A stretch of DNA of 64,000 nucleotides from Acidimicrobiales bacterium (GCA_020629155.1 JAHDDW010000001.1:220454-284453); one strand, 5' to 3'. Shown: positions 55,123 to 64,000, counted from the first letter of the stretch. Translations and numbers: made by a program. The notes: generated by a model not told the origin, from the sequence alone.

Positions 55123-56737
55123 ACTTTTAGCTGAAACAGCACGGCTCGAAAACATTATCGCAGCACATAACCGACATATAGAATCTGCTCGCCGTCTCGC
55201 GACACTGCTAGCGAACGAAGCCGCCGAGCTGACCGCTGACGGGATCCGCGATCTTGTCGACGAAGATGCCGAAGTTGACGCAGCGGTGCAGGCCGCAATT
55301 GTGCGCCAGGCTTCTGATCGAGCCATGCATGCACTGCGTCGTGTGCGTGAGCTTGAAGACCTTGGCAATGCGTTAGCGTTCGGTTTCACCACCGCTGATG
55401 GGCAACGCAACTATGTTGGGCGACATAGCGTTATAGAAGACGACGATGTGTATCTGATTGATTGGCGCTCTGACGCTGCGGTGCCTTTTTATCGTGCAAC
55501 ACCATCTGAATCGCTTGGCGTTAGTCATCGAAGGCATTTGCTTTATGAAACACAAGCACAGAAACAGCAGCTCGTTGACTATTCAGACGAAATTTTTAGT
55601 GACACAGCCGAACTATCTGAGGTGGAACTTCGCGGCGAAGCGGCACTGCTCCACGCTATAGATTCACCCACCAAAGCGCATATGAAATCGGTTGTTGCCA
55701 CAATCCAAAACGAGCAAGACCAGGTGATTCGCGCGCCTGCAAAAGGGGCGCTTGTTGTGCAAGGCGGCCCTGGCACAGGCAAAACTGTTGTGGCGCTTCA
55801 CCGGGCCGCCTATTTGCTTTATAACTATCGCCATGATTTGCAAGACAACGGTGTGCTGGTTGTTGGGCCTACGTCGCAGTTTTTGACCTATGTCGCCAAA
55901 GTGTTGCCGTCTCTCGGCGAAACAGGCGTTGTCTCGTCAACGGTTGAACGGCTTTACTCTGGGGTTTTACTTGGCCATGACGAAACGCATCGCAGCAGCG
56001 AAGTGAAAGGCCGTCTCGCTATGGCGTCGCTGTTAGCAAACGCTATAAAGCTTCGCCAACGCACACCTCAAACTAGCCTTGTGGTGTGGTACGGGTCAAC
56101 GAAAGTGACAATCGAAACCGAAACCCTGCAATCTCTTTTTGCGGTAGCGCAGCGATACAACGCCTATAACGAAGGGGCTGCCGCTTTTGCAAGACTGCTA
56201 GTTGAAACCTTAGTTGGGCAAGCCTATAGCCCCTCGTTTGACACAGTGCAAGACGTGCGAACAAGTTTCCAACAAGCACAAGAGGTGAAGCATTTTCTTC
56301 TTAAGCACTGGCCGACGCTAACGCCCGAACAAGCGTTGAATGACCTTTTCGGGTCGACTGCTATGCTTCGAATCGCTGCGAAAGAACTGCCTTTTAACGA
56401 TGGAGACCTTGCGAGCCTGCATCGGATGCGCAGCAGCGAAAAACAACTCGGCGATAGACGCTGGTCGAATGCCGATGCTGCGCTGCTTGACGAGTTGTTG
56501 TATCTAATCGAGGGCATGCTCGGCAATCAACAAAGCGAGCGATACAACAGACGTGACGCTCTTAACGAGTTTGAACTGGCTGCGTTGCAACAAGACGAAG
56601 GTGTTGACTTGAGCCATTATGAAACCGACGATGCCACGATCGACCCGATAGAACCAACAAGTTTTTGGCGGTCAGCCGACAAAAATCTTGGTCTTTTCCC
56701 CGTAATGTATGACCAAGCAGAAACCGAGGTTGACTAA
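55094..56737 (+). CDS. helD: HelD-like (UvrD/helicase IV family) protein, N-terminal part
   Basis: Coiled-coil N-terminal arm, YVGRHSV..DDVYLIDWRSDAAVPFYRAT, Walker A GGPGTGKT. Ends at a TAA that overlaps an ATG (TAATG). Confidence 0.75.
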   Translation: MSQTLPTNNELLAETARLENIIAAHNRHIESARRLATLLANEAAELTADGIRDLVDEDAEVDAAVQAAIVRQASDRAMHALRRVRELEDLGNALAFGFTTADGQRNYVGRHSVIEDDDVYLIDWRSDAAVPFYRATPSESLGVSHRRHLLYETQAQKQQLVDYSDEIFSDTAELSEVELRGEAALLHAIDSPTKAHMKSVVATIQNEQDQVIRAPAKGALVVQGGPGTGKTVVALHRAAYLLYNYRHDLQDNGVLVVGPTSQFLTYVAKVLPSLGETGVVSSTVERLYSGVLLGHDETHRSSEVKGRLAMASLLANAIKLRQRTPQTSLVVWYGSTKVTIETETLQSLFAVAQRYNAYNEGAAAFARLLVETLVGQAYSPSFDTVQDVRTSFQQAQEVKHFLLKHWPTLTPEQALNDLFGSTAMLRIAAKELPFNDGDLASLHRMRSSEKQLGDRRWSNADAALLDELLYLIEGMLGNQQSERYNRRDALNEFELAALQQDEGVDLSHYETDDATIDPIEPTSFWRSADKNLGLFPVMYDQAETEVD

Positions 56738-56755
56738 TGGCGCAAGATCGTATTA

Positions 56756-56824
56756 GGGGATGTTCTTTTAGCATACATCCCCTTACTATTTCCGCTCCGC
56801 TCAGGGCATTAGCACGCAGCTTTT
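56756..56824 (-). repeat. R1 repeat, copy f (right half, reverse orientation) inside split helD
   Basis: Reverse complement reads AAAAGCTGCGTG..CTGAGCGGAGCGGAAATAG..GGGGATGT-loop-ACATCCCC. Bracketed by ATGGCGCAAGATCGTAT at 56737-56753 and 56862-56878. Confidence 0.8.
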
Positions 56825-56861
56825 GGTGGTTCGCCGATCAAGTAGAAATGGAGGTCAGCCG

Positions 56862-57653
56862 ATGGCGCAAGATCGTATAACAGGGTTAGAAACGTCTGAA
56901 GATTATATCTCTGACGAAGCTTTTATTCGTGAAGCAGAGTTGCAGCTAGAACAAGTCGACGTGCGCAGCGACGAGAGCGCCACGGTTTCGCAGCTTGTCT
57001 CCAAGCAACGACACTGGCGTTATGGCCATGTGATTGTTGACGAGGCGCAAGATTTATCTGCTATGGCGTGGCGCATGGTGGCGCGTAGAGCTGAAGCAGG
57101 TTCTATGACTATCGTTGGCGATGTGGCGCAACGCACCGCTAGCGACCAAAAAACATGGGATGATATTTTAGGTGATGTCTCCCCCGACTTTTCTTACCGT
57201 GAGCTGACCATTAACTATCGCTCGCCTCGTGAGGTGAATGAAGTTGCGACCACTATTTTGAAGAAGCTTGCACCCTCGCTGCAGCCTTCGCAAGCTATCC
57301 GTTCGTCAAACATTCCTGTCGAGTTCATCGCTGTCAGGAAAGAAGAGCAAGCGCAGCATGTCAAAAAGCTCACCTCGGCGTCATTTGACGGCAGAGAAAT
57401 TGACGGCAAAGCGGTTGGTAGCAGAGCAGTTGTGATAAGCGCCGATGGGAAAGCAGGCACCGATTGCGGAGCTGAAACATTCACACCACAACAAGTGAAA
57501 GGGTTAGAGTTTGACGATGTTATCATCGTCGAGCCGCAACACGTTCTCGACCTGCCTGGCGGCCTTAGCCTGCTCTATGTTGCCATCACCAGGGCCACAT
57601 CAAAGCTAACTATAATTCATTCAGGCGATCTGCCGGATGTTTTGAAGTACTAG
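56862..57653 (+). CDS. helD: HelD-like helicase, C-terminal part
   Basis: ATG 56862 preceded by GGAGG (56850-56854). Motif II VIVDEAQDLS, TIVGDVAQRT, INYRSP, GLEFDDVIIVEP, YVAITRAT. Confidence 0.75.
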   Translation: MAQDRITGLETSEDYISDEAFIREAELQLEQVDVRSDESATVSQLVSKQRHWRYGHVIVDEAQDLSAMAWRMVARRAEAGSMTIVGDVAQRTASDQKTWDDILGDVSPDFSYRELTINYRSPREVNEVATTILKKLAPSLQPSQAIRSSNIPVEFIAVRKEEQAQHVKKLTSASFDGREIDGKAVGSRAVVISADGKAGTDCGAETFTPQQVKGLEFDDVIIVEPQHVLDLPGGLSLLYVAITRATSKLTIIHSGDLPDVLKY

Positions 57654-57663
57654 CCATCGAGGT

Positions 57664-58242
57664 CTATCCAAATGCTGTTAGTAGTTCTTTATAGTTGTCT
57701 CGCACTTCGTCTTTTATTTCTGGGAAAAGAATCTTATCATGAAAATCTCTAGTAATTCTGGCTCTTGCAATTGACTTCGCTTCTTCTGACGTCCTTTCAT
57801 CTTTAAATGCCGAATTAAAAAAAGCGTAATGATTTGTCAATAGATGCGATAACGCATCTGCAGTTGCAAGAATTTTGCCGACCTTTGTCGTTGGCAGTCT
57901 GCCTTTTTTGCAACTATGAAATGGGAGCGCATCCTCTAGAATATCTGCACTCTCTTTCGTGCCAAAATCAGCTTCGGCAAGCATACGTGTCGCCAGTTCC
58001 ATACTTATTCTTCCGAACGCGGGGTTAGACCTATCTACAACAGCATCCGCTATATCATGCATAACCGCAGCGGCTCTACATACGTCAATTCTCGCCCCAA
58101 ATCTCAAAGCGAGATCTTCAGCCCTTTCAGCTACATCGAAAATATGCTCTTTGTACATATGATCTGCCCATCTGTCCCTTTCAGGATTTTGCAATTGGTA
58201 CAAAGTATGAACCATTTTTTCTATCTTCTGCACGTTTGCCAT
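57664..58242 (-). CDS. HD-domain phosphohydrolase-like protein
   Basis: H...HD motif (VMHDIAD) and a second His cluster. ATG 58242 (MANVQK..) is preferred over the TTG at 58248 used by the ORF track. Confidence 0.7.
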   Translation of the reverse strand: MANVQKIEKMVHTLYQLQNPERDRWADHMYKEHIFDVAERAEDLALRFGARIDVCRAAAVMHDIADAVVDRSNPAFGRISMELATRMLAEADFGTKESADILEDALPFHSCKKGRLPTTKVGKILATADALSHLLTNHYAFFNSAFKDERTSEEAKSIARARITRDFHDKILFPEIKDEVRDNYKELLTAFG

Positions 58243-58269
58243 ATACAATCAGGCTACCTATAACGACTT

Positions 58270-58403
58270 CTTATCGTCACACGTGTTCTCAACAACAGCC
58301 CTTAAGAACGTTTTCTCGAATTTTGTTCATAACGGCGACGCTTATCGTCACATGTGACGATAAGCGCAGCCCTTAAGAACGTTTTTCCAAATTTCGTTCA
58401 TAA
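58270..58403. repeat. Two 63-bp direct repeat units (period 71 bp), the second containing a 24-bp perfect palindrome
   Basis: Units at 58270-58332 and 58341-58403 share CTTATCGTCACA..CAGCCCTTAAGAACGTTTT..GTTCATAA. The palindrome CTTATCGTCACATGTGACGATAAG is at 58341-58364. Confidence 0.85.
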
Positions 58404-58430
58404 GAAACACCTAGCTGCTAGGTTATTCCT

Positions 58431-59143
58431 ATGGAACCAGCAAGTTTTACCTCCGCCAAGCGTGGCCGAGTCATCAAATCTGTCGACGGCTACTGGGCGT
58501 TTCTATTTTCGTTCCTCCTCCGCCTCAAGAGATGCATGCGTGCCTTGATGATTTAGAAAAATTTTTCCACGACAGGTCTCTACCTCTTCTGATTCAACTA
58601 GCTATGGGACATTACCAATTTGAAGCGATTCACCCTTTTCTTGATGGCAACGGGCGTATTGGTAGGCTACTTATACCGTTTCTTCTTGTTGACCGAGGCG
58701 TTCTTTCACAACCGTTACTGTATCTGTCCGCATATTTTGAACGATACCGCAGTGACTATTACGATCATCTTTTAAGGATCAGCCAAACAGGAGACTTTGA
58801 ACTTTGGTTCAAGTTTTTTCTAACAGGCATCTGTGAACAAGCGAAAGACGCAGAAGAACGAACAGTTCGTTTAGTAGATCTTCAAACAGAGCTCAGAGAG
58901 ACGCTCTTGCAAGAAAATATGCCATCGAATGTTATCAAATTAGCAGAGCTGCTTTTTGCTACCCCTGTTTTAACAGTCAAGATGGTAGAGAAGTTGCTCG
59001 ATGTTTCTAACCCAACCGCCAGACGTGTTATTGACACGCTCACAACAAGAGGAACGCTTGAAGAAGCATCAAGCCGAAAACGCAACAGAGTTTTTCGAGC
59101 ACCTCAAATCTATGAGGCAGTCTACGGCGACATCGAAAACTAG
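58431..59143 (+). pseudogene. Fic-family protein gene, frameshifted and internally shortened
   Basis: The core ORF 58532-59143 has HPFLDGNGRIGR. Upstream ATG 58431 (MEPASFTSAKRGRVIKSVDGYWAF) joins it if one T is added to the T4 run at 58506-58509 (..AFLFFVPPPPQEMHACLDDLEKF..). The product would be ~237 aa, against the ~350-380 aa I recall as typical. Confidence 0.7.
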
Positions 59144-59169
59144 ATGGTTTTCCCAAGGTGCTTGTGTCC

Positions 59170-59280
59170 CGTCATCCCCAACTTGATTGGGGATCTCTCC
59201 TTGGTTAGATTCCCAGTCGTAGCTGGGAATGGCGTGGTCGTAGCTCGAAATGACGTGGACGTAGCTGGGAATGACACGTG
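59170..59280 (+). repeat. R2 repeat, single full unit with three 21-nt subrepeats
   Basis: CGTCATCCCCAACTTGATTGGGGATCTCTCCTTGGTTAGATTCCCAGTCGTAGCTGGGAATGGCG, then TCGTAGCTCGAAATGACGTGG and ACGTAGCTGGGAATGACACGTG. Lies between convergent gene ends. Confidence 0.85.
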
Positions 59281-59302
59281 TTCAACTGAGAAAGAGGACT
59301 CC

Positions 59303-60091
59303 TTATCTTCCTGGAGTCCAACGGAAGAATTTAGCAACAACGATTACGGCAAATGCGCCCCACGCGACAATGACTAGCCAATGCTGCCACGAAGCTGCGA
59401 ACGAGTCACCTAACGACGTTGCAAACGGGCTAAAGCTTTCTTGCAATGCCATGTTCAAATGACGTACAGGGAAAAGATTAGCTACAAAAGTAAGCCATTC
59501 AGGCACAGCGCTTTCTTCACCATCGCCTTGAATAAAAATATCGCTAATGAAATAAAGCGGCAAAAAGATAGCGTTTGTGACCGCAGGCGCAGCCTCTTCC
59601 GAACCGATAATTGTTGTTAACGCCAACCCCATCGCAGCGAAACAGACACCACCTAGCAGCAATGAGATACCAACCGATGGCACGTTTATTAACGCAAGCT
59701 GCACGCCAAACACAACTCGTCCTATTGCAATCATCAAGAGCGTCATAACAATCGAAATTGCAACGCCAGCAGCCGCTTGTGACGCCACAAACACCCAAGG
59801 AGAAAGTGGCGTGGCACGAATGCGTTTCAGAACACCTCGTTCACGTCGGGTTGTCATTGTTATGGCCACGTTCACCGATGTTGCCGTGATGATAGCTAAC
59901 GCCAAAATAGCAGGAACATACATTGTGGCGACTTTCACTCCATTAGGTAACGTTTCATTACCAAAAATAGAGGTGAACAGAAAAAGAAAAATTAACGGCA
60001 AAACAATCGTAAAAAATGTTGCTGCTGGGTTACGTCGAAACATCAACAAGTCAAATGACACTTGATGACGAAGTTTTGAAAAACTAAACAT
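59303..60091 (-). CDS. ABC-2 type transporter permease
   Basis: 262 aa with six TMs. Overlaps the upstream ATPase gene by 8 nt. Confidence 0.85.
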   Translation of the reverse strand: MFSFSKLRHQVSFDLLMFRRNPAATFFTIVLPLIFLFLFTSIFGNETLPNGVKVATMYVPAILALAIITATSVNVAITMTTRRERGVLKRIRATPLSPWVFVASQAAAGVAISIVMTLLMIAIGRVVFGVQLALINVPSVGISLLLGGVCFAAMGLALTTIIGSEEAAPAVTNAIFLPLYFISDIFIQGDGEESAVPEWLTFVANLFPVRHLNMALQESFSPFATSLGDSFAASWQHWLVIVAWGAFAVIVVAKFFRWTPGR

Positions 60092-60992
60092 CAGCGTGCT
60101 CCTCGTTTGTAAGAAGTAAGTAAATTTCTTCTAAATTCGGCGGCGCAACTCGTAAGCCTTCCAACGCTACATTGTTGTGCCTTGCCCAAGTTAGCAACTC
60201 ATACAATTTTGCTTCTGCCTGGTTTTTCTCGACTTCAAGCACATGCTCATTATCTAGAAGTTGCGCACTTTCAAAGTGTATTGTTCCAGGCGACGCAGAC
60301 CAGGAGATCTTCGTTTTTGCTTGCACCTGGTCTGCTAGTTCAGCGGCGGTTCCTTTTGCGACTATCGCACCGCCAGCGATCACGACTATTTTGTCTGCCA
60401 GATGTTCAGCTTCGTCCATATAATGGGTGGTCAGCAGAACTGTTGTTCCTAAGTCGCGCAGTGCCTCAACCATCGCCCATGACTCTCGGCGAGCCGACGG
60501 ATCAAACCCTGTCGTTGGCTCGTCAAGAAAGACCAGCTCGGGGTTCCCAATCAACGCAAGCGCCAGATCAAGGCGCCGCTTTTGCCCACCTGAAAGTTTG
60601 CGGCTGCGAACATCGCTGCTCTCAGTCAAACCAACGATTTCTAGCACCTCATCAGGATTCCTAGGTTGGCTATAATAGGCTGCCTGCATCACAAGTGACT
60701 CTCTTGCGGTGAGTTCTGCAATCGGTTCAGACTCTTGCAACACAATACCAATGCGTTCACGCCAGGCAAGTGGCGCAGACTGCGGGTCATGACCCAGCAC
60801 GCTAACATCGCCGCCGCTGCGTTTGCGATATCCTTCGAGAATCTCAATTGTGGTTGTTTTTCCAGCGCCATTTGGGCCAAGGAAAGCAAGTATTTCACCT
60901 TCTCCAACGGTTAAATCGATACCTTTAACAGCATGAAAATCGCCATAGCTCTTAGACAGATTTTTCACTTCAATAGGATTAGCCACTAGCAC
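60084..60992 (-). CDS. ABC transporter ATP-binding protein (DrrA/ABC-2 type)
   Basis: GPNGAGKTT, LSGGQKRRL, VFLDEPTTGFD, 302 aa. Confidence 0.92.
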   Translation of the reverse strand: MLVANPIEVKNLSKSYGDFHAVKGIDLTVGEGEILAFLGPNGAGKTTTIEILEGYRKRSGGDVSVLGHDPQSAPLAWRERIGIVLQESEPIAELTARESLVMQAAYYSQPRNPDEVLEIVGLTESSDVRSRKLSGGQKRRLDLALALIGNPELVFLDEPTTGFDPSARRESWAMVEALRDLGTTVLLTTHYMDEAEHLADKIVVIAGGAIVAKGTAAELADQVQAKTKISWSASPGTIHFESAQLLDNEHVLEVEKNQAEAKLYELLTWARHNNVALEGLRVAPPNLEEIYLLLTNEEHADV

Positions 60993-61150
60993 CTCTTTAC
61001 TTGTTTAGAAACCCATAGCAAGGATATCGCTAGATGGTTGCTGTTCTGCGTTAGTTTGTTTCGCACTGCGTGCAGCAGACCGCAACGGCTCTTCAAGATC
61101 AGATGTCATCGGAGGTACCCTGTTAACAATACTGGGACTGCTCCAACCCA

Positions 61151-62311
61151 TTATGTTTGGACTGAAGCCGTCTCCACTGGACGAGTCACTTCGCTTGACC
61201 TTAGATCAACAACGCGGTCTGTAAACTCAGTCAATGAAGGAAACATCATCACTTTGATACCGAGACCGACAAAAATGTTTGCAACAATGAGCCCAGTCCA
61301 AAGTTCTGGAACCCATTGAAAATCTTGCGCTGCCATAGCTGCAAGCGACCACACCGTCCACATTACAAAAGGAGGAGCTGTAACAAGCGCTACCCGTTTC
61401 GTGTTCTCTTTGACAGGCATAAACGCAATCACATCAAATACTAAACCACCTAAGGCAGTAACTGCGACAGGGATAAAGTAATCTCCTGCACCGCCGACTT
61501 CGAGGAAAACTCCTGCAGCCACCAGCGAAGACACTCCCCAAATTATTGAGGCAGCACCGAACGGCAACCGCCAGCTGCGACGCAAAACTAGCATTCCAGC
61601 CAATAAAATAGCGGTAACTACCATCGACCCAGCTACAGCCAAACCAGTTTCTATCTCCCCTGCAACAAAACCTTTTTCTACTTGTTCTTGAACAGTCGCT
61701 TCACTTGTAGTTGTAAGTTTGACCGTCGTTAATTTAGGGTGAATTGGAATCCAAAGATATGAGATAAAAAAAGCAATAAGAGATGTCATAACACCCAAAG
61801 CAAACAATATAGATTTAGCAACTTTCTCTTTCGGTGCAGTTGGGTCTAGCTGCGCCCATCCTGAGCGAATAGGCGTTGAACTAATAAGCAGCATGCCGAC
61901 CAAAAGCAGCAAGTGTGTTGGCGAAAGCAGCGCATCAATCCCCTCTTCGATACCAAAAATGGTATGCCAAATCGCATCACCTATACCGCCAACAGCAAAA
62001 ATTAACAAACCATAGACAGCCCAACGATATCCTTGTGGAACCCATGACAGAAAGTTTCCACCAGGTTGACGCCGCCTGTAGGCAACAATTGCGATCCAAG
62101 ATGCAGCGGCAGCAAAACCTGCATAGAAAATAGCATGCCAAGGCGTAAGGAAATCTTCTGTTTCAGTTTCGATGATATTAGAATGCGCGTAACCATCTAC
62201 GGCAAGGCCTATCATCAACCAAATGGCGCTAAACGCCACGATGGTATCTTCGGCTTTTGTTGCAAAACGCCTATCTTGGCCTTCAGCTAACTCTAAAAAA
62301 GAATTCGACAT
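61151..62311 (-). CDS. Polytopic membrane protein with conserved His motifs, unknown function
   Basis: 386 aa with ~10 TMs. Motifs DGYAHSN, DAIWHTIFGIEEG and LSPTHLLL. No family recognised. Confidence 0.6.
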   Translation of the reverse strand: MSNSFLELAEGQDRRFATKAEDTIVAFSAIWLMIGLAVDGYAHSNIIETETEDFLTPWHAIFYAGFAAAASWIAIVAYRRRQPGGNFLSWVPQGYRWAVYGLLIFAVGGIGDAIWHTIFGIEEGIDALLSPTHLLLLVGMLLISSTPIRSGWAQLDPTAPKEKVAKSILFALGVMTSLIAFFISYLWIPIHPKLTTVKLTTTSEATVQEQVEKGFVAGEIETGLAVAGSMVVTAILLAGMLVLRRSWRLPFGAASIIWGVSSLVAAGVFLEVGGAGDYFIPVAVTALGGLVFDVIAFMPVKENTKRVALVTAPPFVMWTVWSLAAMAAQDFQWVPELWTGLIVANIFVGLGIKVMMFPSLTEFTDRVVDLRSSEVTRPVETASVQT

Positions 62312-62389
62312 GTCTTAGTCCTCATTTGCACTATCCTATAACGCATTCTATCTTCAACATGGTTGTTGCATACATCGCAGCTGATCTAG

Positions 62390-62974
62390 CTACGCCAGCC
62401 ATCTTGCTATACGACTACGCAATTCAGCAAGATTCAAGCCTTTGCGAGCACTTACCCAAAGCACTTCACTCGTTTTTAGACCACATTTCGCCGCTAGCTC
62501 TTTCTTACGTTTAACCAACGTAGAGGCTTTCACTTTGTCATGTTTTGTCGCTACAACTTCGTAAGGCAACTCGTTATGATGGAGCCAATCAAGCATTTGA
62601 ATATCAAGCTTTGTAGGCCCAACAAGACCATCAACAAGAACAATCACCTTCGTTAAATTCTCACGTTCCAACAGATACGTTTCGATCATCGTGCGCCATG
62701 ACTGTGACATTTGCCTTCCAACAGAGGCATAGCCATATCCTGGCAAATCCATCACTGTTCCATCACTTTTTTCTAGCTGAAACAGGTTCAACAAACGTGT
62801 TCGCCCAGGAGTATTACTTACCTTTGCAAGCTTTTTACGATTCGCCAACGCGTTAATCAATGACGACTTGCCAACATTTGAGCGACCAACAATAGCTACT
62901 TCTGCTGAGGCACTAGGCAGTTGATGCACTTCACTTGCTGATTGCACGAAATAAAGTTGCAGTGGACGACTCAT
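62390..62974 (-). CDS. engB: Ribosome biogenesis GTPase YihA/EngB
   Basis: G1 GRSNVGKSS, NTPGRT, DLPGYGYA, TKHDK. 194 aa. Start overlaps the upstream gene's stop (ATGA). Confidence 0.9.
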   Translation of the reverse strand: MSRPLQLYFVQSASEVHQLPSASAEVAIVGRSNVGKSSLINALANRKKLAKVSNTPGRTRLLNLFQLEKSDGTVMDLPGYGYASVGRQMSQSWRTMIETYLLERENLTKVIVLVDGLVGPTKLDIQMLDWLHHNELPYEVVATKHDKVKASTLVKRKKELAAKCGLKTSEVLWVSARKGLNLAELRSRIARWLA

Positions 62975-63909
62975 GGTTTTTCTCCATTGGTTCCGTTCGT
63001 GCCATTAACTATCTTTTTGATCTCGCCTGTACCTTTAGCCAACTTTTCATTCAGATTCCACTGTTTATGCAATCGCGATAATCCAAAACGTTCGCCGTAG
63101 ATAAAGTTCACAGCGCCGCCAATGAGCAGCACTTGTGCCGCGAGCCAGATCCATGTCAACGCAAGAAGACCAGCACCAACCACAGCAGTTACTTCGTTAG
63201 AGCCTGCTGTCATCGCGACATAGCGAGCAAAACCTAACGTCAATATCCACCAGAGTGAGGCTGCAACCAATGCACCAGGCAAGTCATGACGCCACTTGTT
63301 ACGTTTCGCTGGAGCGAAATGATAAAACGTTGCCGCCCATAAGACAAGAACCAACATAGCGAGCAACGAGCGGACTGAACGTTCTAAAAAACCATCAGTA
63401 ATTTGCGACCAGACAAGTTCTTCCATCGCGACAAGCGGCAATGGCACTAAAATAGTTCCTAACCCTAGAAATACAGCAACAACACGAGTGTAATACCAAG
63501 GACGACCATCTTGAATATCGTAAATGTCTTCCAACGCACGAATCAGCCCAGCAAATCCTCGACTAATCGACCACAAAGCAACGGCGACCGAAAAAGTAAG
63601 AAGCTCAGGGTTTGTTTGGTCGAACAACGCAGTTATAGCAGCTTGCACTTCCCCGCCTTCATCAGTGAGCACACGTTCGATAAACTCTTCAAGCTCTACT
63701 TTCATCTGCGTTTCAAACCCATAACCGATAAATGCGTCGATAGGGCCAAGCGCTGCAAGCAAGGCAAGAACCGCTGCTGGCATAGATACAAGCAACCAAA
63801 ATGTTACGCCTGCGGCTAGGTCTCCTATGCCACCGTGATACCAGCGAAGCGCCACATCCCACACGAAACGCCAGCCAGCCATTAACCAACTGCCGAATTT
63901 AGTACTCAC
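62971..63909 (-). CDS. YihY/BrkB-family membrane protein
   Basis: 312 aa with ~6 TMs, N-terminal RW..D......GG....AAG.TFW pattern, and a Gly/Asn/Thr-rich tail. Confidence 0.75.
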   Translation of the reverse strand: MSTKFGSWLMAGWRFVWDVALRWYHGGIGDLAAGVTFWLLVSMPAAVLALLAALGPIDAFIGYGFETQMKVELEEFIERVLTDEGGEVQAAITALFDQTNPELLTFSVAVALWSISRGFAGLIRALEDIYDIQDGRPWYYTRVVAVFLGLGTILVPLPLVAMEELVWSQITDGFLERSVRSLLAMLVLVLWAATFYHFAPAKRNKWRHDLPGALVAASLWWILTLGFARYVAMTAGSNEVTAVVGAGLLALTWIWLAAQVLLIGGAVNFIYGERFGLSRLHKQWNLNEKLAKGTGEIKKIVNGTNGTNGEKP

Positions 63910-64000
63910 GCCTATCTAGACTAAGGCATAAAAACCTGTTTTGTAGACACAGCCCAAAAAGCGAACCTCCAGAAATCATAGCTTTGAGGTGTTGATCCGC

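Noticed and set aside
47800-59300. Genomic island or prophage interpretation for the lower-GC-looking patches (HAD cluster 47.8-50.8 kb; HD/Fic 57.6-59.2 kb)
   Set aside because: No integrase, transposase, tRNA attachment site or flanking direct repeats are present. Core genes (hpt, helD, pnp/rpsO) are interspersed, and the GC impression is by eye only. Computed GC and codon-usage profiles would be needed before calling an island.

Overview
This is a 64-kb segment that looks chromosomal, with moderate GC by eye and strong GGAGG-type ribosome-binding sites. Gene content and order look Gram-positive, most like Actinomycetota: a secA-prfB-ftsE-ftsX block, rpsO-pnp, a membrane-anchored spermidine synthase with DUF350/DUF4178 partners, tandem DUF3048 paralogues and HelD. 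The taxon call is inference only. I can support about 55 protein-coding genes. One is a surface-protein gene of at least 1809 codons at 1-5428(-) that is absent from the supplied ORF track because it runs off the window. I recognised no rRNA, tRNA, CRISPR array, transposase or integrase by eye.

Two families of short structured intergenic repeats are the main structure the genes do not explain.
- R1 is about 120 bp and MITE/REP-like, with 6 copies. Its hairpin arms change between copies but stay complementary. One fragment sits inside a split helD, bracketed by a 17-bp perfect direct repeat. Another copy supplies the start codon of a photolyase-family gene.
- R2 is a ~63-bp double hairpin of the ATTCCC..GGGAAT type with 21-nt iteron-like subrepeats. 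It forms a 3 x 80-bp tandem array at 43.35 kb.

Other points worth a second look:
- An FtsX paralogue that keeps only the extracellular domain lies between prfB and ftsE.
- A speH/DUF4178/DUF350/membrane-SpeE cluster is present.
- A Nei/Fpg glycosylase has Ala in place of the catalytic Pro2.
- A GlpD-like protein has a destroyed FAD-binding fingerprint.
- A Fic gene lacks the region that normally holds the inhibitory helix. It sits next to a duplicated 63-bp unit containing a 24-bp perfect palindrome and twin mini-ORFs.
- Three genes are each broken by loss of one base in a short T/A run, which may be sequencing error.
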